This document shows, piece by piece, positions 1 to 10,001 of a stretch of 64,000 bases of DNA. Position numbers and translations under genes: made by a program. Position 1 is the stretch's first letter. Every line of letters begins with the position of its first letter. The notes beneath the pieces are model-generated. The model had not been told where the DNA came from, searched no databases, and worked only from the letters and a program-made list of their open reading frames with translations. This DNA is from Blautia sp. (GTDB taxonomy: Bacteria > Bacillota > Clostridia > Lachnospirales > Lachnospiraceae). The stretch lies in contig JALFGN010000123.1 in assembly GCA_022777285.1 (NCBI GenBank), positions 4,752-68,751 of the forward strand, given 5' to 3'.

Positions 1-1178
1 CTCTGGGAGCTCCGATCTTTACTTTAATGATTGCGCTTGGGGATATCTTCGGATTAGGCGGAAGCTCTTATATTTCCCGGTTGTTTGGACAAAAAGAAGC
101 AGAAGAAGGAAAAAGAGTCAGCGTATTTTGTTTTTATGGAGCAATTTTTGTAGGTGTGTTGTCTTCGGCCTTGTTGCTTTTGCTTCGGGAACAGGTTCTG
201 GCATTGCTTGGAACAACTGCGGATACTTATACTTATGCAAGCCAGTATTATACCTGGATTGCAGCAGGTGCACCCTTTATCATTCTGTCTCTGACACCTT
301 CTAATATTTTACGTACAGAAGGTCTGACAACGGAATCTATGGTTGGAAGTGTTCTTGGAACGATTGTCAACATTATTCTGGACCCGATCTTTATTTTTAC
401 TCTGCATCTGGGAGCGTCCGGTGCGGCGATCGCTACAGTCTGCGGAAATATTGTAGCAGATCTTTATTTTGTCTGGGTGCTCTGGAGAAAGAGCCGGAAA
501 TTGTCTGTGGATATTCGGATGTTCTCTGTGACAGTCAGCAAATTAAAGGAAGTGCTGGTAATCGGTATCCCCGCATCGGTTACTAATCTGATGCAGAGTC
601 TTGGAATCGCTATGGTGAATCGAGCACTGTTGCCTTATGGAAATGAGAAAATTGCAGCGATGGGGATCGTAATGAAAATCAATATGATCGCAGTATTGGT
701 TATGGTAGGATTTGCATTTGGCGGGCAGCCGTTGATTGGTTATAATTATGGCGCAAAAAACTGGAAACGTCTGAAAAAGATTCTGCAGTTTTCTTATTTC
801 TTTGAATGTGGGATTGCTGTTGTTGTGGGAAGTGCACTTGCATTGGCTGCTCCATGGGCAATGGGGAGATTTGTGCAGGAACATGCATTGATACAGACTG
901 GAGTACAGATGCTGCGGATACAGCAGACGGGTATGGCTTGTGTTGCCATTGTACTGGTAAGTACAGTTGTTTTCCAGTCCACAGGAAAAGCACTCAGTGC
1001 GCTTCTTATTTCACTTGCGCGACAGGGAGTGTTCCTTTGTGTTGCACTGGCTGTCTTTTCCGCAGGATTTGGATATGTCGGTATTCTGGCTTCTCAGCCG
1101 GCAGCAGATGCAATGACTGCAGTTCTGGCATTATTATTGTTTGCCGGGGGATTGGGAAAAATTCTCTTTCGATACTGA
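1..1178 (+). CDS. MATE family efflux transporter, 5'-truncated by the window edge
   Basis: The frame stays open from position 3. The product is a polytopic hydrophobic protein with MATE-like segments (GDIFGLGGSSYISRLFGQK, GAKNWKRLKK). At 383+ aa it is shorter than the usual ~450 aa. Confidence 0.75.
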   Translation, partial: LGAPIFTLMIALGDIFGLGGSSYISRLFGQKEAEEGKRVSVFCFYGAIFVGVLSSALLLLLREQVLALLGTTADTYTYASQYYTWIAAGAPFIILSLTPSNILRTEGLTTESMVGSVLGTIVNIILDPIFIFTLHLGASGAAIATVCGNIVADLYFVWVLWRKSRKLSVDIRMFSVTVSKLKEVLVIGIPASVTNLMQSLGIAMVNRALLPYGNEKIAAMGIVMKINMIAVLVMVGFAFGGQPLIGYNYGAKNWKRLKKILQFSYFFECGIAVVVGSALALAAPWAMGRFVQEHALIQTGVQMLRIQQTGMACVAIVLVSTVVFQSTGKALSALLISLARQGVFLCVALAVFSAGFGYVGILASQPAADAMTAVLALLLFAGGLGKILFRY

Positions 1179-1227
1179 TCGGGGGATAATTGGAAGGAGC
1201 AGAAAAGACAAACATATTTGCCTTCTC

Positions 1228-1256
1228 TTGAAAAACATTCGGTATTCTGTTATAGT
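1228..1256 (+). promoter_or_regulatory. Sigma-A type promoter candidate (TTGAAA-17-TATAGT)
   Basis: The hexamers and 17-nt spacer were read directly. It lies 48 nt upstream of the 1304 CDS. Confidence 0.45.
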
Positions 1257-1303
1257 AAACACAGCAGAATTGAGAGAGAAATAGATGTGCTGGAGAAGGT
1301 ATT

Positions 1304-1999
1304 ATGGATGAAAAGATACAAGTCCTGGGTATTTCTGTAGAGAAATGCTATGTGGATGAAGTAATGGACAATATTAACGAAAACTGGAACAGGGAGGATG
1401 TTCTTGCAACTTATGGTGTGATTAATATGAAACTGCTTATGGCAGCTCAGAAGGATGAACAACTCAGAGCTTATATTGATGCGCTGGATAAAGCAGCAGT
1501 GGATGAACCGGAGGTTCTGCATGCAGCAGGAATGAGTGATGCAAGAATGGAAGAAGAGGTTCTGGGACACAGCTTCTTTGGAGCTTTATTCTGGTATCTG
1601 TCCTATTATCAGAATCAGATTTTTCTTCTGGGAGAAAATGAGAAAGATACGGAAGAGTTTTACTCTTATGTAAAAGGGAAGTATCCCCAGATTGTGATTC
1701 TTGGAAAAGGGAATCTGGAAGAATGTGAAAAAGATGAATTTGATAAAATTATTAATGAAATAAATGCGTTGACACCCCAGGCAGTTCTGGGATGTTCAAA
1801 GAATTTCGGAATTGAGCGGTTTGTACAGGAGCACAGGAAGAAAATCAATACAAGAGTTTTCTTCTGTCTTGGACAATGTGAAGAAATCCGAAAAGAATCA
1901 GGAGTAAAAAAGACCTGGCTGGAAAAACTGTTAGAGAAAAACTCTTTTAAAAAGATGGTTTCTCAATATAAAGAGGGAACGGAAAAAGGAGAAGGATAA
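1304..1999 (+). CDS. WecB/TagA/CpsF-family glycosyltransferase-like protein (divergent)
   Basis: 231 aa. The layout resembles TagA: an N-terminal ILGI..V segment, a central IFLLGENEKDTEEFYSYVKGKYPQIVILG segment, and a C-terminal ..ERFV.. segment. Several motifs are divergent. Confidence 0.45.
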   Translation: MDEKIQVLGISVEKCYVDEVMDNINENWNREDVLATYGVINMKLLMAAQKDEQLRAYIDALDKAAVDEPEVLHAAGMSDARMEEEVLGHSFFGALFWYLSYYQNQIFLLGENEKDTEEFYSYVKGKYPQIVILGKGNLEECEKDEFDKIINEINALTPQAVLGCSKNFGIERFVQEHRKKINTRVFFCLGQCEEIRKESGVKKTWLEKLLEKNSFKKMVSQYKEGTEKGEG

Positions 2000-2000
2000 C

Positions 2001-2876
2001 ATGCTTGCAAAGGGAACAAAAGACTGGCGGGCATATGGATGTATATTAATCGGGACAGCTGTAATGGCTGTCTCAATTAATTCTATTTATGATTATATGC
2101 AGATGGTCACAGGAGGTTTTTCCGGACTTGCCATTATTATCAAGGCAGTCACGGAACCAATCATTCCGGGAGGAATTCCTCTGTGGCTTACCAATGCGGT
2201 ATTAAATGTGCCTTTGTTTATTCTTGGTATAAAAATAAAAGGATGGGAATTTACCAGAAAATCCGTACTCGGTGCTCTGATGCTGTCCTTCTGGCTGTAT
2301 CTGATTCCACCGTTTCCAATTATGCCGGATGATATGCTTCTTGCAGCCTTGTTCGGAGGAGTGATCATGGGAATCGGAATCGGTTTTATTTTTATGGGAC
2401 AGAGTACGACCGGGGGAACCGATATGGTGGCAGCTTTGATTCAGCACAAACTTCGCCATTATTCAGTTGCTCAGATTCTTCAGGTGATTGACGGATTGAT
2501 CGTAGTTCTCGGTGTTTTTATATTCGGATTGCAGAAAGCCCTGTATGCAGTCATTGCCATTGTAATTACTACAAAAGTTACAGATGGATTTCTGGAAGGT
2601 ATGAAATTTGCCAAGATTGCTTTTATCATTACCGATCATCATCAGGAAATGGCAGATACGATTATGAAAAATCTGGAAAGAGGAATTACAGGAATTTCCT
2701 CGAAAGGCTTATATTCAGGAAAAGACCGAATCATGCTCTTTTGTGTTGTGGATAAAAAGCAGATCGTACGGCTGAAAGAGATTGTGATGCAGACGGATCC
2801 GGGAGCTTTTGTTATCGTGACAGATGCCAGAGAGGTCATTGGCGAAGGATTTCAAAAAAACAAAGAGAAAATGTGA
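2001..2876 (+). CDS. YitT family membrane protein (DUF2179 C-terminal domain)
   Basis: 291 aa with 5-6 TM helices plus a soluble C-terminal domain (IMLFCVVDKKQIVRLKEIVMQTDPGAFVIVTDAREVIGEGF). The ATG lies 1 nt after the upstream stop. Confidence 0.75.
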   Translation: MLAKGTKDWRAYGCILIGTAVMAVSINSIYDYMQMVTGGFSGLAIIIKAVTEPIIPGGIPLWLTNAVLNVPLFILGIKIKGWEFTRKSVLGALMLSFWLYLIPPFPIMPDDMLLAALFGGVIMGIGIGFIFMGQSTTGGTDMVAALIQHKLRHYSVAQILQVIDGLIVVLGVFIFGLQKALYAVIAIVITTKVTDGFLEGMKFAKIAFIITDHHQEMADTIMKNLERGITGISSKGLYSGKDRIMLFCVVDKKQIVRLKEIVMQTDPGAFVIVTDAREVIGEGFQKNKEKM

Positions 2877-3000
2877 ACAAAATATTACAAATTGAAAAAA
2901 ATATGTAACAATTAATATTTTCTCTTTATTTTTTTCCCTTTCTGTATTACTATATAGAGAAGGGTTTTTTATTTTTTGGGGGATAGAAGGTATTGACTAT

Positions 3001-4110
3001 ATGATGAGAGAGGGAATGAACATGATATCAAACCAGGTATTACAGAACACACTGGACGGATTAAAGTCCATATCCAGAACAGATTTATGTATCACAGATG
3101 TGGAAGGAAAAGTGCTGGCATCTACTTTTTCTGAAAATGTATGTACACAGGAGGAAGTACTCGCATTTGCTAATTCACAGGCTGACAGCCAGGTGATCAA
3201 AGGATATCAGTTTTTTAAAATCTATGATGACCATCAACTGGAATATGTACTGGTCATTCTGGATGCAGGAGAGGATGTATATACACTTGGAAAGCTTGTA
3301 GTTTTTCAGATTCAAAGTCTTCTGACTGCATATAAGGAAAGATTTAATAAAGACAATTTTATTAAAAATCTGCTCCTGGATAATCTGTTGCTGGTAGATA
3401 TTCATAACAGAGCAAAAAAGCTGCATATAGAAGTGGATGTTCGACGAGTTGTATTTATTCTTGAGACGAATCCGGATAAAGATTATGGTTCCCTTGAGAA
3501 TGTGAAGAGTCTTCTTGGAGGTAAAAATGGCGATTTTGTAACGGCAGTGGATGAGAAGAGTATTATCATTGTAAAAGAACTGTCTGCTACCGATGGCTAT
3601 GCACAGGTAGATAAAGCCGCAAATATGATTCTTGCGTCACTGGGAATCGAAAGAGGTGGTAAAACTCATATTGCATATGGTACGATCGTCAAGGAATTAA
3701 AAGAAGTATCCCGTTCTTATAAAGAGGCACGTATGGCTCTTGATGTGGGAAAAATCTTTTTTGATGAAAAGGAAGTTATTGCATACAGCTCTCTTGGTAT
3801 TGGACGTCTGATTTATCAGCTTCCGATCCCGCTCTGTAAAATGTTTATCCGGGAAATATTCGACAGCAAATCTCCGGATGATTTTGATGAGGAAACTTTA
3901 ACTACGATCAATAAATTTTTTGAGAACAGCCTGAATGTTTCAGAGACCTCCAGACAGTTGTATATACATAGAAATACATTGGTTTACCGTCTGGATAAGC
4001 TTCAGAAAAGCACAGGCCTGGATTTGCGGGTGTTTGAAGATGCCATAACTTTTAAAATTGCATTGATGGTAGTAAAATATATGAAATATATGGAGACACT
4101 TGATTACTGA
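3001..4110 (+). CDS. PucR/CdaR-type transcriptional regulator
   Basis: 369 aa with a C-terminal PucR-type HTH (SETSRQLYIHRNTLVYRLDKLQKSTGLDLRVFEDA). The exact start among ATGs at 3001-3022 is uncertain. Confidence 0.65.
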   Translation: MMREGMNMISNQVLQNTLDGLKSISRTDLCITDVEGKVLASTFSENVCTQEEVLAFANSQADSQVIKGYQFFKIYDDHQLEYVLVILDAGEDVYTLGKLVVFQIQSLLTAYKERFNKDNFIKNLLLDNLLLVDIHNRAKKLHIEVDVRRVVFILETNPDKDYGSLENVKSLLGGKNGDFVTAVDEKSIIIVKELSATDGYAQVDKAANMILASLGIERGGKTHIAYGTIVKELKEVSRSYKEARMALDVGKIFFDEKEVIAYSSLGIGRLIYQLPIPLCKMFIREIFDSKSPDDFDEETLTTINKFFENSLNVSETSRQLYIHRNTLVYRLDKLQKSTGLDLRVFEDAITFKIALMVVKYMKYMETLDY

Positions 4111-4149
4111 TATACAGGGAACGGATATCAGGAAAACAGGAGGAAATTT

Positions 4150-4836
4150 ATGATTGATTTAAACGGCGTGAGCAAATCATACAGCAAAGGCCAGCCGGCC
4201 CTTGATAATGTGAGTCTGCACGTGGAAAGGGGAGAATTTGTCTTTATCGTTGGAAACAGTGGTTCAGGTAAATCGACCCTGATCAAGCTTCTGCTGAAGG
4301 AACTGGAGCCTACAAAAGGAACCATTACAGTAAACGGTCAGAGACTTGATAAACTGAAGCATAGAAAAGTAGCAAAATACAGAAGAGGGCTGGGTGTGGT
4401 GTTCCAGGATTTCCGTCTGTTGAAAGACAGAAATGTTTATGAAAATGTTGCCTTTGCCCAGAGAGTCATCGAACGTCCGACACGTGTGATCAAAAAACGT
4501 GTGCCGGAGATGCTTACCCTGGTTGGTCTTGCTGAAAAATATAAATCCCGTCCGGATCAGCTCTCCGGAGGTGAGCAGCAGAGAGTGGCACTTGCAAGAG
4601 CATTGGTGAATCGTCCGAGCCTTCTTCTGGCAGATGAACCTACCGGTAACCTGGACCCGAAGAATTCCTTCGAGATCATGAAACTTCTGGAAGAGATTAA
4701 TGAACGTGGTACCACTGTTCTTGTAGTTACTCATAACAGAGAAATCGTAAATGCATTTAAGAAACGCGTCATTACGATGAAGAAAGGCGTCATTATAAGC
4801 GACGAACAAGAAGGGGCATATCAGGATGAGAATTAG
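4150..4836 (+). CDS. ftsE: Cell division ATP-binding protein FtsE
   Basis: Walker [13 protein letters not shown] signature LSGGEQQR, Walker [13 protein letters not shown]. It sits directly upstream of ftsX. Confidence 0.9.
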   Translation: MIDLNGVSKSYSKGQPALDNVSLHVERGEFVFIVGNSGSGKSTLIKLLLKELEPTKGTITVNGQRLDKLKHRKVAKYRRGLGVVFQDFRLLKDRNVYENVAFAQRVIERPTRVIKKRVPEMLTLVGLAEKYKSRPDQLSGGEQQRVALARALVNRPSLLLADEPTGNLDPKNSFEIMKLLEEINERGTTVLVVTHNREIVNAFKKRVITMKKGVIISDEQEGAYQDEN

Positions 4837-5737
4837 TACGATCGCATATATATTTAAACAGGGATTTAAAAATATCTGGAGAAATATCCGTTTTTCTTTG
4901 GCATCGATAGCTACTATGGCAGCCTGTATTTTTCTTTTTGGGCTTTTCCTTGCCCTTGTGATGAACTTCCGTTACATGGTTCATTCCGCTGAGGAAGGGG
5001 TAGCAGTCGTTGTTTATTTTGATGAAGGCGCAAAACAGGAACAGATTGATGATATTGGCGCCAAAATACGCAAGATGACAGAAGTGGATCATGCAGATTA
5101 TATTTCGGCAGATCAGGCATGGGAAGAATTCCGTGATGATTATCTGGGTGGAGATGAGAATCTTGCAGAAGGTTTCCGGGATCAGGATAATCCTCTGGCC
5201 AATTCTGCCAGCTATCAGGTATATCTGAAAAACGTAGAAGACCAGGATAAGGTAGTTGCAGAAATCGAGAAGATGGATGGGGTACGTGATGTCAGTCAGT
5301 CCCAGTCAGCAGCGAAAACATTATCGACATTTAACAAACTGATTGGATACGTTTCTCTGGCAATTGTATTTATCTTATTGGCAGTTGCATTTTTCCTGAT
5401 CAGTAACACGATTACTATGGGTATTTCCGTACGTCAGGAAGAAATCGGGATTATGAAACTGATTGGTGCTACCGACTTTTTTGTCAGAGCTCCTTTTGTT
5501 ATTGAGGGAATTATTCTGGGAACCATTGGGGCTGCGATTCCTCTGGGTGTATTGTATGGACTTTATAACCAGGTTATCAAATATGTCATGACAAAATTCC
5601 ATCTTCTTACAGGCTTTTTACAGTTTTTGGATGCATGGCATGTGTTCCGTATTCTGATTCCGGTTGGTGTAGGTCTTGGAATTGGAATTGGCTTTATTGG
5701 AAGTATGATTTCTGTAAGAAAACATTTAAGAGTATAA
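4826..5737 (+). CDS. ftsX: Cell division permease-like protein FtsX
   Basis: 303 aa. N-terminus KQGFKNIWRNIRFSLASI, a large extracellular loop, and 3 C-terminal TM helices. It overlaps ftsE by 11 nt. Confidence 0.9.
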   Translation: MRISTIAYIFKQGFKNIWRNIRFSLASIATMAACIFLFGLFLALVMNFRYMVHSAEEGVAVVVYFDEGAKQEQIDDIGAKIRKMTEVDHADYISADQAWEEFRDDYLGGDENLAEGFRDQDNPLANSASYQVYLKNVEDQDKVVAEIEKMDGVRDVSQSQSAAKTLSTFNKLIGYVSLAIVFILLAVAFFLISNTITMGISVRQEEIGIMKLIGATDFFVRAPFVIEGIILGTIGAAIPLGVLYGLYNQVIKYVMTKFHLLTGFLQFLDAWHVFRILIPVGVGLGIGIGFIGSMISVRKHLRV

Positions 5738-5746
5738 GATACAGAA

Positions 5747-7018
5747 ATGTCAGAAAAGATACTGTCAGACCTTTTGGCTGGCAGTGTCTTTTTCTTGTAT
5801 AACTGGAAAAGCAGAAAGAAAGGGGCAAAAGCATTGAAGGGACAAAATATAAAACCATTTCTGGCAGGTGTTTTATGTACGGTACTTGTGGGCAGTGCCG
5901 GACTGCTTGGATATACGAAACTGTCAGAAAAGAATCATGCAGTGACTTTGGAATCGGTACAGAAAGCCAAAGAGATTGAAAATTTAATTGATACGTACTA
6001 TCTGGATGAAACAGATACAGAAACATTGGAAGCTTATATATATAAGGGACTGACTGCCGGTTTGGGAGATCCATATTCGGCATATTACACAGCAGAAGAA
6101 TATCAGGAAGTCAGTGAAAGTATAGAAGGTATGTATCGGGGAATTGGTGTTACCATGCAGCAGGATCCGTCTACCGGTGTAGTTACAGTGGTGAAGTGTT
6201 TTGCCGGTGCACCGGGAGAAAAAGCAGGTATTCAGCCGGGAGACCAACTTTATAAAGTGAATAATGAGGTGATTCTGGATAAAGAGCTGACAGAAATCGT
6301 AAAAATGATCAGAACATCCGAAAAAGATAGCGTTATGCTTACCATTGCCAGAGAAGGGGATACCGATTACAGGGAAATACAAGTTCCGTTGGAAGAGGTG
6401 CAGGTTCCGGCGGTAGAAACAAAGATGCTGGAAGAGAAGATTGGTTATATTGTAATTAACGAATTCACAGAGGTGGCAGTCAGTCAATACGAGAATGCAT
6501 TGCTTGAATTAAAAGAACAGGAAATGGAACGGTTGATTGTGGATGTAAGAGGAAATCCGGGCGGACTTTTGTATTCTGCCTGTAAGATTCTGGATCAGAT
6601 GCTTCCGGAAGAATTGCTTGTGTACACGGAGGATAAAAATGGAAACAAAAAAGAGTATATGGGTACAGGAGAGGATACCTTTGATCTGCCGTTGGTGATT
6701 CTGGTGAATGGAAATAGCGCAAGTGCTTCAGAAATTTTTTCAGGAGCACTTCAGGATTATGGAATTGCAAAGTTAGTCGGAACGACAACCTTTGGAAAAG
6801 GAATTGTCCAGCAGACATTTTCTATGAAGGATGGAAGTGCACTGAAACTGACGATCTCAAAATATTATACGCCGAATGGACGCTGCATTCATGGAACTGG
6901 ACTGGAACCGGATGTGGAAGTCGAACTGGATGAGGAACTGAAAAAGAAAGCAGTTGTGGAAGAGGAAGAAGACAATCAGCTGCAGAAGGCCATTCAGGTG
7001 GTAAAAGAAATGGAATGA
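5747..7018 (+). CDS. S41 family C-terminal processing peptidase (PDZ domain), membrane anchored
   Basis: PDZ-like GIQPGDQLYKVN, S41 motifs LIVDVRGNPGG and VLVNGNSASASEIF, GTTTFGKG. An alternative TTG start at 5834 has a better RBS (GAAAGGGG). Confidence 0.85.
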   Translation: MSEKILSDLLAGSVFFLYNWKSRKKGAKALKGQNIKPFLAGVLCTVLVGSAGLLGYTKLSEKNHAVTLESVQKAKEIENLIDTYYLDETDTETLEAYIYKGLTAGLGDPYSAYYTAEEYQEVSESIEGMYRGIGVTMQQDPSTGVVTVVKCFAGAPGEKAGIQPGDQLYKVNNEVILDKELTEIVKMIRTSEKDSVMLTIAREGDTDYREIQVPLEEVQVPAVETKMLEEKIGYIVINEFTEVAVSQYENALLELKEQEMERLIVDVRGNPGGLLYSACKILDQMLPEELLVYTEDKNGNKKEYMGTGEDTFDLPLVILVNGNSASASEIFSGALQDYGIAKLVGTTTFGKGIVQQTFSMKDGSALKLTISKYYTPNGRCIHGTGLEPDVEVELDEELKKKAVVEEEEDNQLQKAIQVVKEME

Positions 7019-7084
7019 CTTTGTTGAAACAGGAAAAAAGACATGGTAAAATAGGACAATATAAAAAATGTGGAGGGAAATCGT

Positions 7085-7954
7085 ATGGGTGAATTTATAA
7101 TTTTAACAGACAACACCGTAGATCTGCCTGCTTCCTGGATGGAAGAAAGAGAAGTAGACTGTGAATATCTTCCGTGTACAGTGGATGGAATTGTGTACGA
7201 TAAGAAAAATAAAATAGAGATCTGTGAGTTTTACAAAAAAATGAGGGAAGGTTCTATGCCGACTACATCCCAGATCAATCCTACCCAGGCAGAAACTTTT
7301 TTTGAATCGTTTCTTCAGGAAGGAAAAGACATCCTTTACATTGCGTTCTCTTCCGGATTAAGTGGAACTTACAGCAGTTGTACCATTGCGGCAGAAGAGT
7401 TGAAACAAAAATATCCGGACAGGCGGATTGAAGTGATTGATACATTGGCTGCTTCTATGGGAGAGGGCCTGATTCTTTATTATGCAGTTAAGATGAAACA
7501 AGAAGGAAAAAATATGGATGAGATCATTTCCTGGATTTTAGAAAATCGTTGCCATGTATGTCATGTGTTTACCGTGGATGATCTGAATCATCTGCACAGA
7601 GGAGGAAGAGTATCCAAGGCAACAGCCGTTCTGGGAACTTTGGTCAATATAAAACCCATGCTTCATGTAGATGAGGAAGGAAAGCTGACTGCTCTTGGGA
7701 AAGTAAGAGGAAGAAAAAAATCTCTGAGTGGATTGATTTCCATGATGGAGGAGAGAATTGGGGCTTATAGAGAATCCAATGACGTAATCTATATCTGTCA
7801 TGGGGATTGTGAAGAAGATGCAGAATATGTAGCTTCTTTGGTTCGGAAAAAATTTGGATATGAGAATATTCTTATAAATCCCATCGGACCGACCATCGGA
7901 GCGCATGCAGGTCCAGGAACGGTAGGTGTATTTTTCCTGGGGGATCATCGTTGA
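7085..7954 (+). CDS. DegV family fatty-acid-binding protein
   Basis: Starts IILTDNTVDLP; contains TSQINP, SSGLSGTY and IGAHAGPG. A GGAGGG RBS precedes the ATG at 7085. Confidence 0.85.
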   Translation: MGEFIILTDNTVDLPASWMEEREVDCEYLPCTVDGIVYDKKNKIEICEFYKKMREGSMPTTSQINPTQAETFFESFLQEGKDILYIAFSSGLSGTYSSCTIAAEELKQKYPDRRIEVIDTLAASMGEGLILYYAVKMKQEGKNMDEIISWILENRCHVCHVFTVDDLNHLHRGGRVSKATAVLGTLVNIKPMLHVDEEGKLTALGKVRGRKKSLSGLISMMEERIGAYRESNDVIYICHGDCEEDAEYVASLVRKKFGYENILINPIGPTIGAHAGPGTVGVFFLGDHR

Positions 7955-7990
7955 CAGAAAGATAAAACAGAACAGGAGAACGAATGATTG

Positions 7991-8923
7991 ATGGAATTAG
8001 AATTTAAACCAATAGAAGCAGAAGATATTGAACAGTTAAATCAGTATTTTTGCAGGCGGCCAAATAAGACTTGTGACAGTGTGTTGTTGGACAGCTTTAT
8101 CTGGAGAGAATATTATGATGTGAAGTTTGCTGTCCGTGACGGAAAAGCCATTCAGTGGCTGATGGAAGACAATGGAGTGCTGGGCAGTGCCATGCCTGCC
8201 TGTAAAACAGAAGATCTGGAATATTACTTTAATGAAATTCTGGAATACTTTAATCGTGTTTTAAAAAAGCCGCTGTATATCAATCTGGCAGATGAGGAAG
8301 CTGTGGAGCAGCTTCATCTGAAGGAAATGCCGGAAAAATTTCGGGTGACGGAACAGGTGGATCTGAAAGATTATCTTTATGATGGAGATGCTATGCGCAG
8401 TCTTTCCGGAAAAAAGCTTCATAAAAAGAAAAATCATCTGAATGCATTTAAACGGATGTATGAGGGACGTTATGAGTATCGACGTCTTTGCTGTTCAGAC
8501 AGAGGAGATGTATGGAGATTTCTGGACAGATGGAGAGAAGAAAAAGGAGAAGAAGTGGAAGAACACCTGGATTATGAAGTGAGAGGCATCCATGAAATCC
8601 TGAAAAACTGTTCTTTGCTGAATGTCCGTATGGGTGGTGTTTATATTGATGAGAAGCTGGAGGCCTTTACCATAGGAAGTTACAATGCTTATGAAAATAT
8701 GGCAGTCATTCATATTGAGAAGGCAAATCCAGAGATTCGTGGATTGTATCAGTATATTAACCAGCAATTTTTGCTGGAGGAATTTCCGAAAGCAGCGTGG
8801 ATCAATCGGGAGGATGATTTGGGAATTGAGGGTCTGAGAAAGGCAAAGCTTTCCTATAATCCGGTGGATTATGCAAGAAAATACAAAGTAGAACAGATTG
8901 ATTTTTCAGAATCGGAGCAGTAA
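7991..8923 (+). CDS. DUF2156 domain protein (stand-alone homolog of the MprF C-terminal aminoacyl-transferase domain)
   Basis: About 310 aa. The motif SGKKLHKKKNHLNAFKRMYEGRYEYRRL and the overall pattern are typical of the LPG_synthase_C / DUF2156 family. Confidence 0.6.
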   Translation: MELEFKPIEAEDIEQLNQYFCRRPNKTCDSVLLDSFIWREYYDVKFAVRDGKAIQWLMEDNGVLGSAMPACKTEDLEYYFNEILEYFNRVLKKPLYINLADEEAVEQLHLKEMPEKFRVTEQVDLKDYLYDGDAMRSLSGKKLHKKKNHLNAFKRMYEGRYEYRRLCCSDRGDVWRFLDRWREEKGEEVEEHLDYEVRGIHEILKNCSLLNVRMGGVYIDEKLEAFTIGSYNAYENMAVIHIEKANPEIRGLYQYINQQFLLEEFPKAAWINREDDLGIEGLRKAKLSYNPVDYARKYKVEQIDFSESEQ

Positions 8924-8924
8924 T

Positions 8925-9983
8925 ATGGAGATTAGATATCTGAAAGAAAGCGAAAAACAGAAAACCAGGATTTTGTGGGAGGAAGCTTTTTTTGAAGATT
9001 CGGATTCTTTTCAGGATTACTATTTTTCTTATAAAGTGAAAGAGAATCAGATTCTTGCAGGAGAAGAATCCGGGAAAATCGTATCTATGCTTCACAGGAA
9101 TCCTTATCTGCTTACAGTCGGAAAAGACCGGGAAGGCAATCCACGCCTGTGGCGTTCCGATTATCTGGTAGGTGTGGCAACTGCTTTGAATCGAAGAGGG
9201 CGTGGCTGCATGCGAAAACTTTTGGTGCAATGTCTGGAGGATATGTACAGAGAAGATATGCCTTTTTGTTTTCTGATGCCAGCAGATGAACGTATTTATC
9301 TTCCTTTTGATTTTACCTATATTTTCAGACAACCGTTCTGGAAACTGAGAGATTCCGGACAGCTAAAGAAAGAAAAGGTAACGAAAGAAAGCTATAAAGA
9401 TGTGGCCGGTTGGATGAATGCATGGCTGGAAACACAGTATGAGGTTTTTGCAAAGCGGGACGAACGGTATCTGGACGGACTTGTAAAAGAACTGGAAAGT
9501 GAAGCGGGAAACCTGTATTTGTTGAAAACACAGACCAATACCAGGGATGAAATGGTTGGACTGTATGCAGAATGGGGACTGGAAAAAAGAGAACAGAGAC
9601 TTCTTTATACAGCAGAAACATACAGGGTGTTGGAAAAAGCGGAGCCTGCAATCATGGGAAGAATCGTGGCTTTGTCCCGGTTTGTAGAAGCAATACGATT
9701 GAAAGATTCGATTGAAACGGAAGAGGCCGTATTCTATCTGCATGTACAGGACAAACTGTTGAAAAAGAACGAGGGTCCCTGGCTCTGGCACATTAATCAT
9801 ACATCTTCCTGGCTGGAACCGACACACAGAAGAGAGAAAGTCGATACTTTGTGTGAAATTGATTTGCCCATTCAGGAACTGACTGCGTGGTTGATGGGAT
9901 ATGCAGTCCCATCTTCTCTTTGTTCTCAGGCAGAAAAGCAGATCCGGTGTCTGCAGGGCGTATTTTTGGATGAAATTGTATAG
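8925..9983 (+). CDS. GNAT family N-acetyltransferase, Eis-like (GNAT plus C-terminal SCP2-like region)
   Basis: 352 aa. Acetyl-CoA loop VATALNRRGRGCMRKLL. The length and C-terminal region fit Eis-type enzymes. The start lies 1 nt after the upstream stop. Confidence 0.6.
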   Translation: MEIRYLKESEKQKTRILWEEAFFEDSDSFQDYYFSYKVKENQILAGEESGKIVSMLHRNPYLLTVGKDREGNPRLWRSDYLVGVATALNRRGRGCMRKLLVQCLEDMYREDMPFCFLMPADERIYLPFDFTYIFRQPFWKLRDSGQLKKEKVTKESYKDVAGWMNAWLETQYEVFAKRDERYLDGLVKELESEAGNLYLLKTQTNTRDEMVGLYAEWGLEKREQRLLYTAETYRVLEKAEPAIMGRIVALSRFVEAIRLKDSIETEEAVFYLHVQDKLLKKNEGPWLWHINHTSSWLEPTHRREKVDTLCEIDLPIQELTAWLMGYAVPSSLCSQAEKQIRCLQGVFLDEIV

Positions 9984-10001
9984 ATGACAGGGAGGAAGAG
10001 A

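Noticed and set aside
2936-2977. A possible terminator after yitT: ccctt...aaggg followed by two T-runs.
   Set aside because: The stem is only 5-6 bp with a ~19-nt loop. That is too weak to list as a feature.
9984-10001. An ATG at 9984, immediately after the GNAT stop, as the start of the small Nif11-like protein.
   Set aside because: There is no RBS upstream of it, since that sequence is the preceding coding region. The GGGAGGAAG sequence inside this stretch is correctly spaced for the ATG at 10002.
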